Source of the DNA: Pseudomonadota bacterium
GTDB taxonomy: Bacteria > Pseudomonadota > Alphaproteobacteria > Sphingomonadales > Sphingomonadaceae
Direction of reading: 5' to 3'
Assembly: GCA_029550345.1 (NCBI GenBank)
Contig: JAKPHK010000076.1
Span: 724-64,723, forward strand
Length of the DNA: 64,000 nucleotides
Both the position numbers and the translations under genes were made by a program. The stretch's first letter is position 1. Every line of letters begins with the position of its first letter. The notes below the pieces were generated by a model that was given only the letters and a program-made list of their open reading frames with translations, made no database searches and had not been told where the DNA came from. Shown here in pieces: positions 38,787 to 49,820 of the stretch.

Positions 38787-39164
38787 ATGAGCGAACCCGA
38801 CCAGACCCTGCGCGAATCCGGCGCCAGCTTCCTGCCCAAATTTGATTCCGCCGGTCTTTTGACCGCCGTGGCAGTCGATGCCCGCAGCCGCGATGTCCTG
38901 ATGGTAGCCTTCATGGATGCCGAGGCGCTGGAAAAGACCCGGTCCACCGGATTTGCCCACTTCCATTCGCGCTCACGCGGACGGTTATGGATGAAGGGGG
39001 AAACTTCGGGACACGTGCTGGTAGTTCAGGAAATCCGGGTCGATTGCGATCAGGATGCACTGGTCCTGTTCTGTGAGCCGAAAGGTCCTGCCTGTCATAC
39101 CGGTGCCACGAGTTGTTTCTATCGCAAGCTGGAAAGGGACGGGCTGGTCCGGCTGCCGGATTGA
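38787..39164 (+). CDS. hisI: Phosphoribosyl-AMP cyclohydrolase
   Basis: SRSRGRLWMKGETSG, DCDQD, ACHTGATSCFY. Confidence 0.96.
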   Translation: MSEPDQTLRESGASFLPKFDSAGLLTAVAVDARSRDVLMVAFMDAEALEKTRSTGFAHFHSRSRGRLWMKGETSGHVLVVQEIRVDCDQDALVLFCEPKGPACHTGATSCFYRKLERDGLVRLPD

Positions 39165-39189
39165 CGCTTACGTAAAGGTAAGCTAGATT
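39161..39189 (+). promoter_or_regulatory. Promoter with overlapping LiuR-type operator
   Basis: TTGACG-N17-TAGATT overlapping TTGACGCTTACGTAAAGGTAA (TTACGTAA core). Confidence 0.65.
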
Positions 39190-39196
39190 GGTGGGC

Positions 39197-39646
39197 ATGG
39201 AACAATCGGTCAGAAGCTCATCCGAACACGGCGGCGCCCATCTGGAAATGCCCGATGCGCTTGAGCGTGAGAGCTATTCGATTTCGGACCTCACGGGTGA
39301 ATTCGATGTCACCGCAAGGGCACTTCGCTTCTATGAAGACGAAGGCCTGATCGCTCCGGCCCGGATGGGGCTGAGCCGCGTCTATTCCAAACGCGATCGC
39401 GCCCGGCTGGCCTGGATTCTGCGGGCCAAGAACGTCGGTTTCAGCCTGACTGAAATCAAGGAAATGATCGATCTTTACGATCTCGGCGATGGCCGGGCAA
39501 AGCAGCGCCAGGTTACGGTCCTGCGCTGCAAGGAAAAGGTCGAACGGTTGAGCCAGCAGCGCGATGATATCGTCGCGGCAATCTCTGAACTGACTACCTT
39601 CATCGAACTGGTCGAAAATATCGATCCGTCCGTCGCCAAGGGCTGA
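39197..39646 (+). CDS. MerR-family regulator (LiuR-like)
   Basis: YSISDL..EFDVTARALRFYEDEGLIAP, R.YSKRDRARL..ILR.K..GFSL.EI. Confidence 0.92.
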   Translation: MEQSVRSSSEHGGAHLEMPDALERESYSISDLTGEFDVTARALRFYEDEGLIAPARMGLSRVYSKRDRARLAWILRAKNVGFSLTEIKEMIDLYDLGDGRAKQRQVTVLRCKEKVERLSQQRDDIVAAISELTTFIELVENIDPSVAKG

Positions 39647-39670
39647 CGGCCAAATTCAAGGATAAATGCA

Positions 39671-41473
39671 ATGCCGATCTATCAGGCGCCGACGCGCGAT
39701 ACCCGCTTTGTCATCAATGAAATGCTGCGCCTGGAAAGCTATGCGGCGCTGCCTGGTTTTGAGAATGCCAGCGCCGACATGGTTGACGTTCTGGTCGAGG
39801 AATGCGGCAAGTTCTGCGCGGAGGTTCTCGCTCCGCTGAACCTTTCTGGCGATCAGGAAGGCTGCACCCGCCACGCCGATGGCACGGTGACGACGCCGCA
39901 GGGCTTCAAGCAGGCCCACGCCCAATTCCGCGAAGCGGGTTGGGGAACACTGTCTTCGCCCGAGGAATTCGGCGGGCAGGGTTTGCCGCACGTGCTGGGT
40001 TTCATGGCAGAGGAATTCATCTCCTCCGCCAATCAGGCCTGGGGGATGTACCCCGGTCTGACCAACGGCGCGGTCAGCGCGATCCTGGCAAAGGCCAGTC
40101 CGGAACTTCAGGCGAAGTATCTGCCCCGGATGATCGCCAACGAATGGCTCGGTACGATGAACCTGACCGAGCCGCACTGCGGCACCGATCTGGGGCTGAT
40201 CCGCACCCGCGCGGTGCCAAATGCCGATGGCTCCTATGCGATCAGCGGCACCAAGATTTTCATTTCGGCCGGCGACCATGATCTGACCGAAAACATCATC
40301 CACCTGGTTCTGGCCAAGACCCCGGACGCGCCGGATTCGGTTAAGGGCATTTCGCTGTTCATCGTGCCCAAGGTGCTTGTGAACGACGATGGCTCGCTGG
40401 GCGCGCGCAACGCGGTTTCCTGCGGTAGCCTTGAACACAAGATGGGGATCCACGCCAACGCCACCGCCGTGATGAACTATGACGGGGCCACCGGATGGAT
40501 GGTCGGCGAGGAAAACAAGGGCCTCGCCGCGATGTTCATCATGATGAACGCCGCGCGCCTGGGCGTTGGTATCCAGGGCCTGTCACAGGCTGAGGCAGCC
40601 TATCAGAACGCCGTCAGCTACTGCGCTGATCGCCGCCAGGGGCGGGCGCTGACCGGGCCGGTCGATCCAGCCGAAAAGGCCGATCAGCTGTTCGTTCATC
40701 CGGATATCCGACGGATGTTGATGGACGCCAAGGCTTTCACCGAAGGGATGCGTGCGCTGTGCCTGTGGGGCGCCTTGCAGGTCGATCTCAGCCACAAGGC
40801 GGCGAGCGACGAAGAGCGTCAGGCCGCTGACGACGTGATCAGCCTGCTGACCCCGGTGATCAAAGGTTACGGCACAGACAAGGGCTTCGATACCTGCGTT
40901 CAGATGCAGCAGTGCTTTGGCGGGCACGGCTATATCGAGGAATGGGGGATGAGCCAGTTCGTCCGCGATGCGCGCATCACCCAGATTTACGAAGGTGCCA
41001 ACGGGGTTCAGGCGATGGATCTGGTCGGCCGTAAGCTGGCCCAGAACGGCGGGCGCGCGGTTCAGGCGTTCTTCGCGATGGTCGATGCCGAATGTGCTGC
41101 CGCCAGGTCGGTTGCCGGTCTTGAGGGACTGGCCGGTCAGGTCGAAAAGGCCTGCGGGGAACTCAAGGCCGCAACGATGTGGCTGATGCAGAACGGAATG
41201 ATGAACCCCAACAACGCCGGGGCCGGGGCGCACCACTATATGCACATCATGGGGATCGTCAGCCTTGGTCTGATGTGGCTGCGCATGGGCGCGGTCGCGA
41301 CTGATGCCCTCGCTGCCGGAACTGCCGACAAGGCGTTCTACGAGGCCAAGCTGGTAACCGCGCGCTATTTCGGCGAACGTTTCACGCCCGATGCCGGGGC
41401 ACTGCGCCGCAAGCTCGAAGCTGGGTCCGAAGCGATGATGGCGCTGCCGGTGGAAGCCTTCGCGCGCGGCTGA
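39671..41473 (+). CDS. Acyl-CoA dehydrogenase (long, DmdC-like type)
   Basis: GTMNLTEPHCGTDLG, GTKIFIS, EHKMGI, MMNAARL, FGGHGYI, IYEGANGVQA. Confidence 0.95.
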   Translation: MPIYQAPTRDTRFVINEMLRLESYAALPGFENASADMVDVLVEECGKFCAEVLAPLNLSGDQEGCTRHADGTVTTPQGFKQAHAQFREAGWGTLSSPEEFGGQGLPHVLGFMAEEFISSANQAWGMYPGLTNGAVSAILAKASPELQAKYLPRMIANEWLGTMNLTEPHCGTDLGLIRTRAVPNADGSYAISGTKIFISAGDHDLTENIIHLVLAKTPDAPDSVKGISLFIVPKVLVNDDGSLGARNAVSCGSLEHKMGIHANATAVMNYDGATGWMVGEENKGLAAMFIMMNAARLGVGIQGLSQAEAAYQNAVSYCADRRQGRALTGPVDPAEKADQLFVHPDIRRMLMDAKAFTEGMRALCLWGALQVDLSHKAASDEERQAADDVISLLTPVIKGYGTDKGFDTCVQMQQCFGGHGYIEEWGMSQFVRDARITQIYEGANGVQAMDLVGRKLAQNGGRAVQAFFAMVDAECAAARSVAGLEGLAGQVEKACGELKAATMWLMQNGMMNPNNAGAGAHHYMHIMGIVSLGLMWLRMGAVATDALAAGTADKAFYEAKLVTARYFGERFTPDAGALRRKLEAGSEAMMALPVEAFARG

Positions 41474-41477
41474 ACGG

Positions 41478-41510
41478 ACGGCCGACTTGACCTTCAATCA
41501 AGTCGGCCTG
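41478..41510. terminator. Hairpin between convergent acyl-CoA dehydrogenase and cysK
   Basis: GGCCGACTTGA-CCTTCAA-TCAAGTCGGCC; no clear U-tract. Confidence 0.5.
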
Positions 41511-41535
41511 CCGCCATCAATCGGGACGAGTCGGT

Positions 41536-42453
41536 CTATTCAGGCAGGAATTCCGGCACGGACAGATAACGCTCACCGGTATCATAGTTGAAGCCGAGCA
41601 CGCGGCTGCCTGCGGGCAGTTCGGCCAGCTTCTGCCTGATCGCAGCCAGCGTCGCGCCAGAGCTGATCCCCACCAGCATCCCTTCCTTGGTTGCGCAGAG
41701 CCGGGCCATTTCCTTGGCCTCGGCAGGATCGACCTGGATCGCGCCATCAATCGCCTGTGTGTGAAGGTTGGCCGGGATGAAGCCGGCCCCGATACCCTGG
41801 ATCGGATGCGGGGCGGGCTGACCGCCGGAGATCACCGGCGATAGCGTCGGTTCCACGGCAAAGGCCTTCATCGCCGGCCACTTGGCCTTTAGCGCCTCTG
41901 CGCAGCCGGTCAGATGCCCACCAGTGCCAACCCCGGTGATCAGGGCATCGATCGGGGTATCGGCGAAATCGCTGAGAATTTCCTGCGCCGTGGTGCGAAC
42001 GTGGACCGCGATGTTGGCCGGGTTCTCAAACTGTTGCGGCATCCAGGCGCCGGGCGTTGAAGCAACCAGTTCATGCGCCCGTTCGATCGCGCCCTTCATG
42101 CCCTTTTCGCGCGGTGTAAGGTCAAAGCTCGCACCATAGGCCAGCATCAGGCGGCGGCGCTCGATCGACATCGATTCCGGCATGACGAGGATTAGCTTGT
42201 ACCCCTTGACCGCCGCGGCCATGGCCAGGCCAATCCCGGTGTTGCCGCTGGTCGGCTCAACGATGGTGCCGCCGGGCTTTAGGCTGCCGTCCTGTTCGGC
42301 CGCCTCGATCATCGCCAGGCCGATCCGGTCCTTGATCGAACCACCGGGGTTTGCTCGCTCGGCCTTGATCCAGACCTCGTGATCGGGAAACAGCCGGGAA
42401 AGCCGGATGTGAGGGGTGTTGCCGATGGTGGCGAGGATGCTGTCTGCCTTCAT
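41536..42453 (-). CDS. cysK: Cysteine synthase A
   Basis: [48 protein letters not shown]. Confidence 0.96.
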   Translation of the reverse strand: MKADSILATIGNTPHIRLSRLFPDHEVWIKAERANPGGSIKDRIGLAMIEAAEQDGSLKPGGTIVEPTSGNTGIGLAMAAAVKGYKLILVMPESMSIERRRLMLAYGASFDLTPREKGMKGAIERAHELVASTPGAWMPQQFENPANIAVHVRTTAQEILSDFADTPIDALITGVGTGGHLTGCAEALKAKWPAMKAFAVEPTLSPVISGGQPAPHPIQGIGAGFIPANLHTQAIDGAIQVDPAEAKEMARLCATKEGMLVGISSGATLAAIRQKLAELPAGSRVLGFNYDTGERYLSVPEFLPE

Positions 42454-43715
42454 GGGACCAGGTCCTTTTCGCGATATTGCGGAGCGAAGGTCTTCGCCCG
42501 CTTGAGTTCAGGAAAGATCACCGCCCAGACTGCGGTGATCACGATTGCACCGGCGCCGCCCAGCGCCACCGCGCCGACCGCCCCCAGGAAAGCAGCTGCC
42601 AGACCCGACTGCATCTCACCCAGTTCATTCGAGGCGGAAATGGCCAGCCCCGAAATCGAGGAGACCCGCCCACGTTTGTCATCGGGCGTGTTGAGCTGGA
42701 TCAGGGTGTTGCGGATGAACACCGAAATCGCATCGGCAGCCCCCAGCAAGGCCAGCATGGCCAGCGACAGGGGAAAGATGGTTGAAAGCCCGAAGATCAG
42801 CGTGGCCAGGCCATAGGCGGCAACCGCCCACAGCATCTTTGCGCCAACATTATGCTCAAGCGGCCGGAAACCGAGCCACAGCGCCATCAGCATCGCGCCC
42901 GCGGCAGGCGCGGCCCGCATCAGCCCCAGCCCTTCATCGCCGACGTGAAGCACGTCATAGGCAAATGCCGGAAGCATCGCAGTCGCGCCGCCCATCAGAA
43001 CCGCAAACAGATCGAGCGATACGCAGCCGAGCAGGAATCGTTCGCTCCAGACAAAGCGCGCGCCTTCGGCCATCAACTTGATTGGCTTGTCGGCTGCGGC
43101 CGCGGGCGGAGCGCGGTGACGGATCGCCAGCAGCGCGCCAATTCCCAGCACCAGTGCGCCGCTGGCAAACCAGTAAGGCAGCGAGGGATGCGAGGCGAGC
43201 AGGAAGCCGCCCAGCGCCGGGCCGATCACCGCCGCCGATTGCCAGGCGACCGAACTGATCGCGATCGCCTTGGGCAGCAGCGCAGGCGGAACGACATTGG
43301 GGGTAATCGCGCTGATTGCCGGGCCGATGAAGACGCGGGCCGCCCCGTAACAGGCGGCCAGCGTGAACAGCAGCGGCAATGAAACAAAGTCAAATGTGTT
43401 GGCCAGCGCCAGCGCCAGGCCGATTAGCAGGTCAACGGCAATAGCCATCGCGCCCAAATGCCGACGATCCATCCGGTCGGCCAGAACCCCGGCCAGCGGG
43501 GTCAGCAGCATGAACGGGATAAACTGGATCAGACCCAGCAATCCCAGCATGAAGGCGGCTTCGCCCTCGCTCATGCCATGGACGCGGCGCGCGATCTGAT
43601 AGACCTGCGCGCCGATCACCACGACCATCGCCGTGGTTGCCGCCGTGTTGATGAACCGCGCCAGCCAGATCAGCCGGTAATCACGAATGTGCAGGGGATG
43701 GCTGGGCTGGGTCAC
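42450..43715 (-). CDS. MFS transporter (EntS/DHA3-like)
   Basis: About 12 hydrophobic segments; [28 protein letters not shown]. Confidence 0.9.
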   Translation of the reverse strand: MTQPSHPLHIRDYRLIWLARFINTAATTAMVVVIGAQVYQIARRVHGMSEGEAAFMLGLLGLIQFIPFMLLTPLAGVLADRMDRRHLGAMAIAVDLLIGLALALANTFDFVSLPLLFTLAACYGAARVFIGPAISAITPNVVPPALLPKAIAISSVAWQSAAVIGPALGGFLLASHPSLPYWFASGALVLGIGALLAIRHRAPPAAAADKPIKLMAEGARFVWSERFLLGCVSLDLFAVLMGGATAMLPAFAYDVLHVGDEGLGLMRAAPAAGAMLMALWLGFRPLEHNVGAKMLWAVAAYGLATLIFGLSTIFPLSLAMLALLGAADAISVFIRNTLIQLNTPDDKRGRVSSISGLAISASNELGEMQSGLAAAFLGAVGAVALGGAGAIVITAVWAVIFPELKRAKTFAPQYREKDLVP

Positions 43716-43784
43716 ACACCAGCAATGGCAGCGCGACCTGCGCTTGCCAAGCGATCAGATGCTTGGGCGGACTAAAGCGGGCCT

Positions 43785-44123
43785 TTAGCGGCTTTTGCGC
43801 AGCCGGGGGTTGGGCTGGATCGTATCGATCATCCGCATGAAATCATCGAGCCTGATGATCCGCTCAAACTGAAAGCCCGAACGCCCTTCGGACGACCAGA
43901 TCAGGTGAGCTTCGATCCGGCCAACGTCGGGAAGGCGGATTACAACACGTTCACCGCGCTGGAGATCAAGATCGCCCTGAACCATAAAACCGTGCGCGGA
44001 GATATTGACGATGTGCATATGCACATCGCCCAGACGGCGGTGTTCGCCAATCACCTTGTGGTCAACCGGATGACGCGCCGCGCGGCGCATATCGGTAACC
44101 GTCAATTGTGCTCCTGCGCCCAT
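43785..44123 (-). CDS. PilZ domain protein
   Basis: RRAARH (RxxxR) and NISAHG ((D/N)xSxxG) motifs. Confidence 0.85.
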   Translation of the reverse strand: MGAGAQLTVTDMRRAARHPVDHKVIGEHRRLGDVHMHIVNISAHGFMVQGDLDLQRGERVVIRLPDVGRIEAHLIWSSEGRSGFQFERIIRLDDFMRMIDTIQPNPRLRKSR

Positions 44124-44213
44124 GCTCTCGCACGCCTCCTGGATTCGTTCACAGCGTCAGCCGTTATGAATGCCAAAGGCAAAAATTGGGTAAATCCGGC
44201 AGAATTTTGCCGC

Positions 44214-45437
44214 TTACGCCGGGCGCAGGATGCCGTGTTTCTTCTTTCCGGAAGAAATGCGCGTCTCATTTTCCACAGTGATATGAAGCGCTTCATTGGT
44301 TACCGCAGCACCATCGATGCGCGCTCCGCCGCCGGCAATAAGACGCTTTGCCTCACCCTTGCTGGCCGCGAATCCGATCCCGACGAGGGCGTCTATGATC
44401 CCGATCCCACCTGCGGCAACCGCAAGAACCGGCAGATCGGCACCCAGACCACCCCCTGCAAAAGTGGCTGCGGCAGTCGCTTCGGCGGTGCTGGCGGCTT
44501 CGTCACCGCGGCACAGGCGGGTGACTTCATTGGCCAGCACAATCTTGGCCGCATTGATATCGCTGCCTTCAAGCGTTTCAAGCCGGGCGATCTCTTCGAG
44601 CGGAAGATCGGTGAACAGCCGCAGGAACTTGCCCACATCGCGGTCATCGCAATTGCGCCAGTACTGCCAGAAGTCATAGGCGGGCAGGGCATCCTCGTTC
44701 AGCCAGACGGCCCCGGCCGCGGTCTTGCCCATCTTGGCGCCGTCAGCCGTGGTCAGCAGCGGGGTGGTAGCCCCGAACACCTCGATCCCGTTCATCCGAC
44801 GGGTCAGTTCGATCCCGTTGACGATATTGCCCCACTGATCGGAACCCCCCATCTGCAGGCGGCAGCCATGCTGCAAGGCCAGTTCGCGGAAGTCATAGGC
44901 CTGAAGGATCATGTAGTTGAATTCGAGGAAGGTCAGCGGCTGTTCGCGATCAAGCCGCAATTTAACCGAATCGAAAGTCAGCATCCGGTTGATCGTGAAG
45001 TGAGGCCCAACTTCGCGCAGCAGATCGACATAGCCCAGCTTCGCCAGCCAATCGTCGTTGTTGATCATGACCGCGTCGGTCGGCCCATCGCCGAATGTCA
45101 GCAAACGCTCAAACACCTTGCGGATCGAAGCGATATTGGCGTCGATCGTTTCAGAGGTGAGCAGCTTGCGGCTTTCGTCCTTGCCCGAAGGATCGCCGAC
45201 TTTGGTCGTCCCGCCACCCATCAGCACAATCGGCTTGTGCCCGGCCTGCTGGAGGCGGCGCAGCAGCATGATCTGCACAAGACTGCCGACGTGCAGCGAT
45301 GGCGCGGTGGCATCAAAGCCGATATAGCCGGGCACAACCTGATTGGCGGCAAGGGCATCAAGCCCTTCGGCATCGGTCAACTGGTGGATATATCCACGTT
45401 CGTCGAGCAGGCGGAGCAGGGTGGAGTTGTAGGTCAT
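44214..45437 (-). CDS. tyrS: Tyrosine--tRNA ligase
   Basis: [32 protein letters not shown]. Confidence 0.98.
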   Translation of the reverse strand: MTYNSTLLRLLDERGYIHQLTDAEGLDALAANQVVPGYIGFDATAPSLHVGSLVQIMLLRRLQQAGHKPIVLMGGGTTKVGDPSGKDESRKLLTSETIDANIASIRKVFERLLTFGDGPTDAVMINNDDWLAKLGYVDLLREVGPHFTINRMLTFDSVKLRLDREQPLTFLEFNYMILQAYDFRELALQHGCRLQMGGSDQWGNIVNGIELTRRMNGIEVFGATTPLLTTADGAKMGKTAAGAVWLNEDALPAYDFWQYWRNCDDRDVGKFLRLFTDLPLEEIARLETLEGSDINAAKIVLANEVTRLCRGDEAASTAEATAAATFAGGGLGADLPVLAVAAGGIGIIDALVGIGFAASKGEAKRLIAGGGARIDGAAVTNEALHITVENETRISSGKKKHGILRPA

Positions 45438-45485
45438 GGTGCCTTCCGGTTTTCGGGCGCGCGCCTAGCACAGGCGGAGACAGGG

Positions 45486-46007
45486 TTGCAAACGCACAGG
45501 TTGAACTTCCATCCGGCTTTTCACCCTGCCGGGGTCCGGCAGCTTGCGGTCCGGTGGGGCAGGTTGACCGACGGGCGCATCATGCTGCGTTACCGCCTGG
45601 ATGGCTGCGAGGGGCTTGTCCTGCCCCCACCGCGGGCACCTGTCCGGGCCGATGAACTGTGGCGCACCACCTGTTTTGAACTGTTTCTGGCCGATCCCGG
45701 CGGCCATTACCGCGAATACAACTTTTCCCCCGATGGCCGGTGGGCAGCCTATGCCTTTGCCGGATACCGCAACCGGATCGGCAATCATGATCCGGCCCTG
45801 CCGCCTGAAATTGCAGTCGAGATCGGACAAAGCGTGTTGACCGTCACCGTCTTTCTGAGCGGGGATGAACTGGCCGGGGCAACCCGTGCCGCCTTGACCG
45901 CCGTGGCCGAGGAACAGGGCGGGAGGCTGTCTTACTGGGCCAGCAAGCATCCGGGCCTCAAGCCTGATTTTCATGACCCCACTTGCTTCGTGCTTCCGGT
46001 TCCCTAA
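45486..46007 (+). CDS. DOMON-like domain protein
   Basis: RADELWRTTCFELF, YREYNFSP, SYWA..HP...PDFH; TTG start inferred. Confidence 0.8.
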   Translation: MQTHRLNFHPAFHPAGVRQLAVRWGRLTDGRIMLRYRLDGCEGLVLPPPRAPVRADELWRTTCFELFLADPGGHYREYNFSPDGRWAAYAFAGYRNRIGNHDPALPPEIAVEIGQSVLTVTVFLSGDELAGATRAALTAVAEEQGGRLSYWASKHPGLKPDFHDPTCFVLPVP

Positions 46008-46016
46008 GCAGTCTTC

Positions 46017-47213
46017 ATGAAATTCGGCATCGACCGCCTGCTGGCGGACCCCACCTTGCGCAAACCGCTTGACGGCAGGCGTGTCGCGCTGGTCGCGCAC
46101 CCGGCCAGCGTGACGGAAGACCTTGTCCATTCGCTCGATGCGATGATCGCGGCGGGCGTCAACGTCACCTCGGCATTCGGCCCGCAGCATGGGCTGAAGG
46201 GCGACAAGCAGGACAACATGGTCGAAACTCCGGATGAGGTCGATCCGATTTACAACATCCCGGTTTTCAGCCTCTATGGCGAAGTGCGCCGCCCTTCGGG
46301 CCAGATGATGAGCACCGCCGATGTGTTCCTGTTTGATCTGCAGGACCTGGGCTGCCGGATCTACACATTCGTCACCACGCTGCTCTACCTGCTGGAAGCT
46401 GCGCATGGGACCGGCAAGGAGGTCTGGGTGCTGGATCGTCCCAACCCGGCCGGTCGCCCGGTTGAAGGGACACTGCTGGTGCCGGGGCAGGAAAGCTTTG
46501 TCGGCGCGGGGCCGATGCCGATGCGCCACGGGCTGACCCTGGGTGAAATGGGCCACTGGTTCATCAATCACTTCAAACTCGACGTGCCCTATCGGGTGAT
46601 CGCGATGGAAGGGTGGGAGCCGGAAGGGGCCGGATTCGGCTGGCCGGAGAGCCGGATCTGGATCAATCCCAGTCCCAATGCCGCCAGCCTCAACATGGCC
46701 CGCGCCTATGCCGGGACCGTGATGCTGGAGGGCGCGATGTTGAGCGAGGGGCGGGGCACCACCCGTCCGCTGGAACTGCTGTTCGGTGCGCCGGATGTCG
46801 ATGCCAAGGCGGTTCTCGCTGAAATGCAGGCGCTCGCGCCCGACTGGCTGGCCGGCTGCGCGCTGCGCGAATGCTGGTTCACGCCGACCTTCCACAAACA
46901 CGCCGGGGCGCTGTGCAACGGCCTGATGATCCATGCCGAAGGCAAGTTCTACGACCACCACACCTTCCGCCCCTGGCGACTTCAGGCGCTGGCCTTCAAG
47001 GCGATCCGGAGACTTTACCCAGACTACGAAATCTGGCGCGATTTCCCCTATGAATACGAGTTCGAGCGGCTGGCGATCGACGTGATTAACGGCGGTCCGG
47101 CGCTGCGCGAATGGGTTGACGATCCTGCTTCCGTTCCGGCCGATCTTGACCATATCGCCGCCCGCGACGAAGCGAGCTGGCGCGAAATCGTCCGGCCATT
47201 GCTGCTCTACTGA
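46017..47213 (+). CDS. DUF1343/NamZ-like exo-beta-N-acetylmuramidase
   Basis: FGPQHG, SLYG, DLQDLGCRIYTF, LDRPNP, RHGLTLGE, PSPN, SEGRGTT.P. Confidence 0.9.
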   Translation: MKFGIDRLLADPTLRKPLDGRRVALVAHPASVTEDLVHSLDAMIAAGVNVTSAFGPQHGLKGDKQDNMVETPDEVDPIYNIPVFSLYGEVRRPSGQMMSTADVFLFDLQDLGCRIYTFVTTLLYLLEAAHGTGKEVWVLDRPNPAGRPVEGTLLVPGQESFVGAGPMPMRHGLTLGEMGHWFINHFKLDVPYRVIAMEGWEPEGAGFGWPESRIWINPSPNAASLNMARAYAGTVMLEGAMLSEGRGTTRPLELLFGAPDVDAKAVLAEMQALAPDWLAGCALRECWFTPTFHKHAGALCNGLMIHAEGKFYDHHTFRPWRLQALAFKAIRRLYPDYEIWRDFPYEYEFERLAIDVINGGPALREWVDDPASVPADLDHIAARDEASWREIVRPLLLY

Positions 47214-47285
47214 CGAACACCCCGGCGGCCCGCCAACGCACGCGGGACCTGATCCAGATATACAACGATAAAATGCGGAGAGACC

Positions 47286-48587
47286 ATGATTGCTGGCAAT
47301 ACGGCGGGCGGAAAGCTCGACAGACCGACACGAACGATGCTTGGCGTTTTGCTGCTCGTCTATGTTTTCAATTTTCTGGATCGACAGATCGTCAACATTC
47401 TGGCCGAGCCGATCGGCAAGGATCTTGATCTAAGCGACACCCAGCTGGGACTGATGACCGGACTTGCTTTTGCGGTGTTTTATACGGTTCTTGGTCTGCC
47501 AATCGCCCGGATTGCGGATCGGCGAACCTCCGATCGCGGCAAGATGATCGCCCTGGCGCTGGCCGTCTGGTCAGCAATGACGGCGCTATGCGGCCTCGCG
47601 CAGAATTTCGGTCAACTTCTGCTCGCGCGGATCGGTGTGGGCGTGGGGGAGGCGGGGTGCACGCCCGCAGCCCATTCGCTGATTGCTGATAAGGTTCCGC
47701 CGGAGCGGCGCGCGGGGGCAATGGCATTCTATGCCCTGGGCATTCCGATCGGGTCGCTGCTGGGCATGATGATCGGGGGGCATCTGGCCGATACCCTGGG
47801 TTGGCGAAAGGCGTTCCTGCTGGTTGGCGCGCCAGGGGTCCTGCTGGCCGGGCTTGTCGTCCTGTTGATCCGTGATCGGAATCGACCGCAGCTTGCCGCT
47901 TCGCATCACGAAGACAGTCAGTCCATCATGGCTGCGATCCGGGCGCTTCTGGCGTCGCGGACGTTTGTTCTGGTGCTTGTGGCGGCTTCGGCCTGCTCGT
48001 TTCTGTCCTACGGCAAGTCAACCTGGACCACGATCTATTTTCAGCGCAGCCATCAGCTGACCCCCGGTGAGGTCGGCTTCTGGTTTGGCCTTTGGGGTGG
48101 GCTTGCAGGCATCCTCGGGACCTGGCTGGGCGGCTATCTCGCCGATCGGTTCGGCAAATTGGATCGGCGTCATGTCGTGACCGGTCCGGCGATCGGCATG
48201 GCAATGGCAGTGCCCATCGCGATAGCGGCCTATCAGGCAGAAGATTGGCGGCTTTCTCTGGTCCTGTTGATGATCCCGACGGTTCTCAACTCATTGTACT
48301 ATGGGCCGGTCTTTTCATCGGTTCAGGGCCTTGTCGCCGTTCGACACCGTGCAATGGCGAGCGCCCTATTGCTGTTTGGGCAAAACCTGATTGGCCTTGG
48401 GTTGGGGCCGTTGTTCTTCGGGCAGCTTTCAGATCTGCTCAAACCGGCATTCGGTGCAGATTCGGTTCGCTATGTTCTTTATGGCGCCGCACTTCTGGGA
48501 CTGATTCCGGCGCTGCTGTTCTGGGCGCTGCGACCGCGCCTTAATGCCGAGCTGGATGTGCAGGCCCAAGCGGCAAATTCCGCTTAA
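47286..48587 (+). CDS. Spinster-like MFS transporter
   Basis: FNFLDRQI, DTQLG, ARIGVGVGEA, GGYLADR. Confidence 0.9.
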   Translation: MIAGNTAGGKLDRPTRTMLGVLLLVYVFNFLDRQIVNILAEPIGKDLDLSDTQLGLMTGLAFAVFYTVLGLPIARIADRRTSDRGKMIALALAVWSAMTALCGLAQNFGQLLLARIGVGVGEAGCTPAAHSLIADKVPPERRAGAMAFYALGIPIGSLLGMMIGGHLADTLGWRKAFLLVGAPGVLLAGLVVLLIRDRNRPQLAASHHEDSQSIMAAIRALLASRTFVLVLVAASACSFLSYGKSTWTTIYFQRSHQLTPGEVGFWFGLWGGLAGILGTWLGGYLADRFGKLDRRHVVTGPAIGMAMAVPIAIAAYQAEDWRLSLVLLMIPTVLNSLYYGPVFSSVQGLVAVRHRAMASALLLFGQNLIGLGLGPLFFGQLSDLLKPAFGADSVRYVLYGAALLGLIPALLFWALRPRLNAELDVQAQAANSA

Positions 48588-48632
48588 GGCCAAGCGCCAG
48601 CCTTTCAACTTCCCAGGCGGCAGCCGGCCAGC

Positions 48633-49814
48633 CTAGTGCTTCTTGCGGGTCAGTTCCCGCATCGCGTCGTCCAGCCCTTCCAGGGTCAGCGAGTACATCG
48701 ATCCGCCCACCAGATCGCGGATCATCTTGGTCGATTGCGAATAGGACCACTGCTTTTCGGGCACCGGGTTGATCCACACCGTTGCCGGATAGACATTGGC
48801 GATCCGCTTGAGCCACTCGGCCCCCGCTTCCTCGTTGAAATGCTCGACAGAGCCGCCCGGGTGGGTGATTTCATAGGGGCTCATCGCGGCATCGCCGACG
48901 AAGACCACTTTGTAGTCATGACCGTACTTGTGAAGGATGTCCCAGGTGTCGGTCCGTTCGCTCCAGCGGCGCTTGTTGTCCTTCCACACACCTTCATAGA
49001 GGCAGTTGTGGAAGTAGAAGAATTCCAGGTTCTTGAACTCCGCCGTCGCGGCGCTGAACAGTTCCTCGACCAGCTTGATGAAGGGGTCCATCGACCCGCC
49101 GACGTCCAGAAACAGCAGGACCTTCACCGCATTGCGCTTTTCCGGTCGCATCCGGATGTCGAGCCAACCCTGCCGCGCGGTGCCTTCGATCGTGCCCTCC
49201 AGATCAAGCTCCTCGGCCGCACCCTCGCGCGCGAAACGGCGCAGCCGCCGCAGCGCGATCTTGATGTTGCGGGTGCCCAGCTCGCGGGTGTTGTCGAGGT
49301 TCTGGAACTCGCGCTTTTCCCAGACCTTGAGCGCCCGCTTGTGCTTGCTTTCGCCGCCGATCCGCACCCCTTCGGGGTTGTAACCGTTATTGCCGAACGG
49401 ACTGGTCCCGCCGGTGCCGATCCACTTGTTGCCGCCTTCGTGGCGCTTCTGCTGTTCCTCAAGCCGCTTCTTGAGGGTGTCCATGATCTCTTCCCAGGAT
49501 CCCAGCTTTTCGATCGCCGCCATTTCTTCGGGTGTGAGGAATTTTTCGGCGACAGCCTTGAGCCAGTCCTCGGGGATATCGACCGGGTTCTGACCATAGC
49601 TGGTCAGGATCCCCTTGAAGACCTTGTTGAAGACCTGGTCGAATCGGTCGAGCAGGCCTTCGTCCTTCACGAAGACCGCACGGGACAGGTAATAGAACTG
49701 CTCGGGCGTCTGCTCGATCACGTCCTTCTCAAGCGCTTCAAGCAGCATCAGATGCTCCTTGAAGCTGGCCTTGATCCCGGCGGCCCGCAGTTCATCGACG
49801 AAATTGAAGAACAT
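48633..49814 (-). CDS. VWA domain protein (CoxE-like MoxR partner)
   Basis: MIDAS-like DVGGSM, WIGTGGTSPFG, VGDAAM, WINP. Confidence 0.92.
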   Translation of the reverse strand: MFFNFVDELRAAGIKASFKEHLMLLEALEKDVIEQTPEQFYYLSRAVFVKDEGLLDRFDQVFNKVFKGILTSYGQNPVDIPEDWLKAVAEKFLTPEEMAAIEKLGSWEEIMDTLKKRLEEQQKRHEGGNKWIGTGGTSPFGNNGYNPEGVRIGGESKHKRALKVWEKREFQNLDNTRELGTRNIKIALRRLRRFAREGAAEELDLEGTIEGTARQGWLDIRMRPEKRNAVKVLLFLDVGGSMDPFIKLVEELFSAATAEFKNLEFFYFHNCLYEGVWKDNKRRWSERTDTWDILHKYGHDYKVVFVGDAAMSPYEITHPGGSVEHFNEEAGAEWLKRIANVYPATVWINPVPEKQWSYSQSTKMIRDLVGGSMYSLTLEGLDDAMRELTRKKH

Positions 49815-49820
49815 TGCCGC

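Noticed and set aside
44178-44195. CtrA box upstream of the PilZ gene
   Set aside because: Too degenerate (GCAA-N7-GTAA) to support.
43905-46007. 700-aa ORF spanning pilZ and tyrS antisense
   Set aside because: Only the last ~173 codons (DOMON-like) look real; the rest is the tyrS shadow frame.
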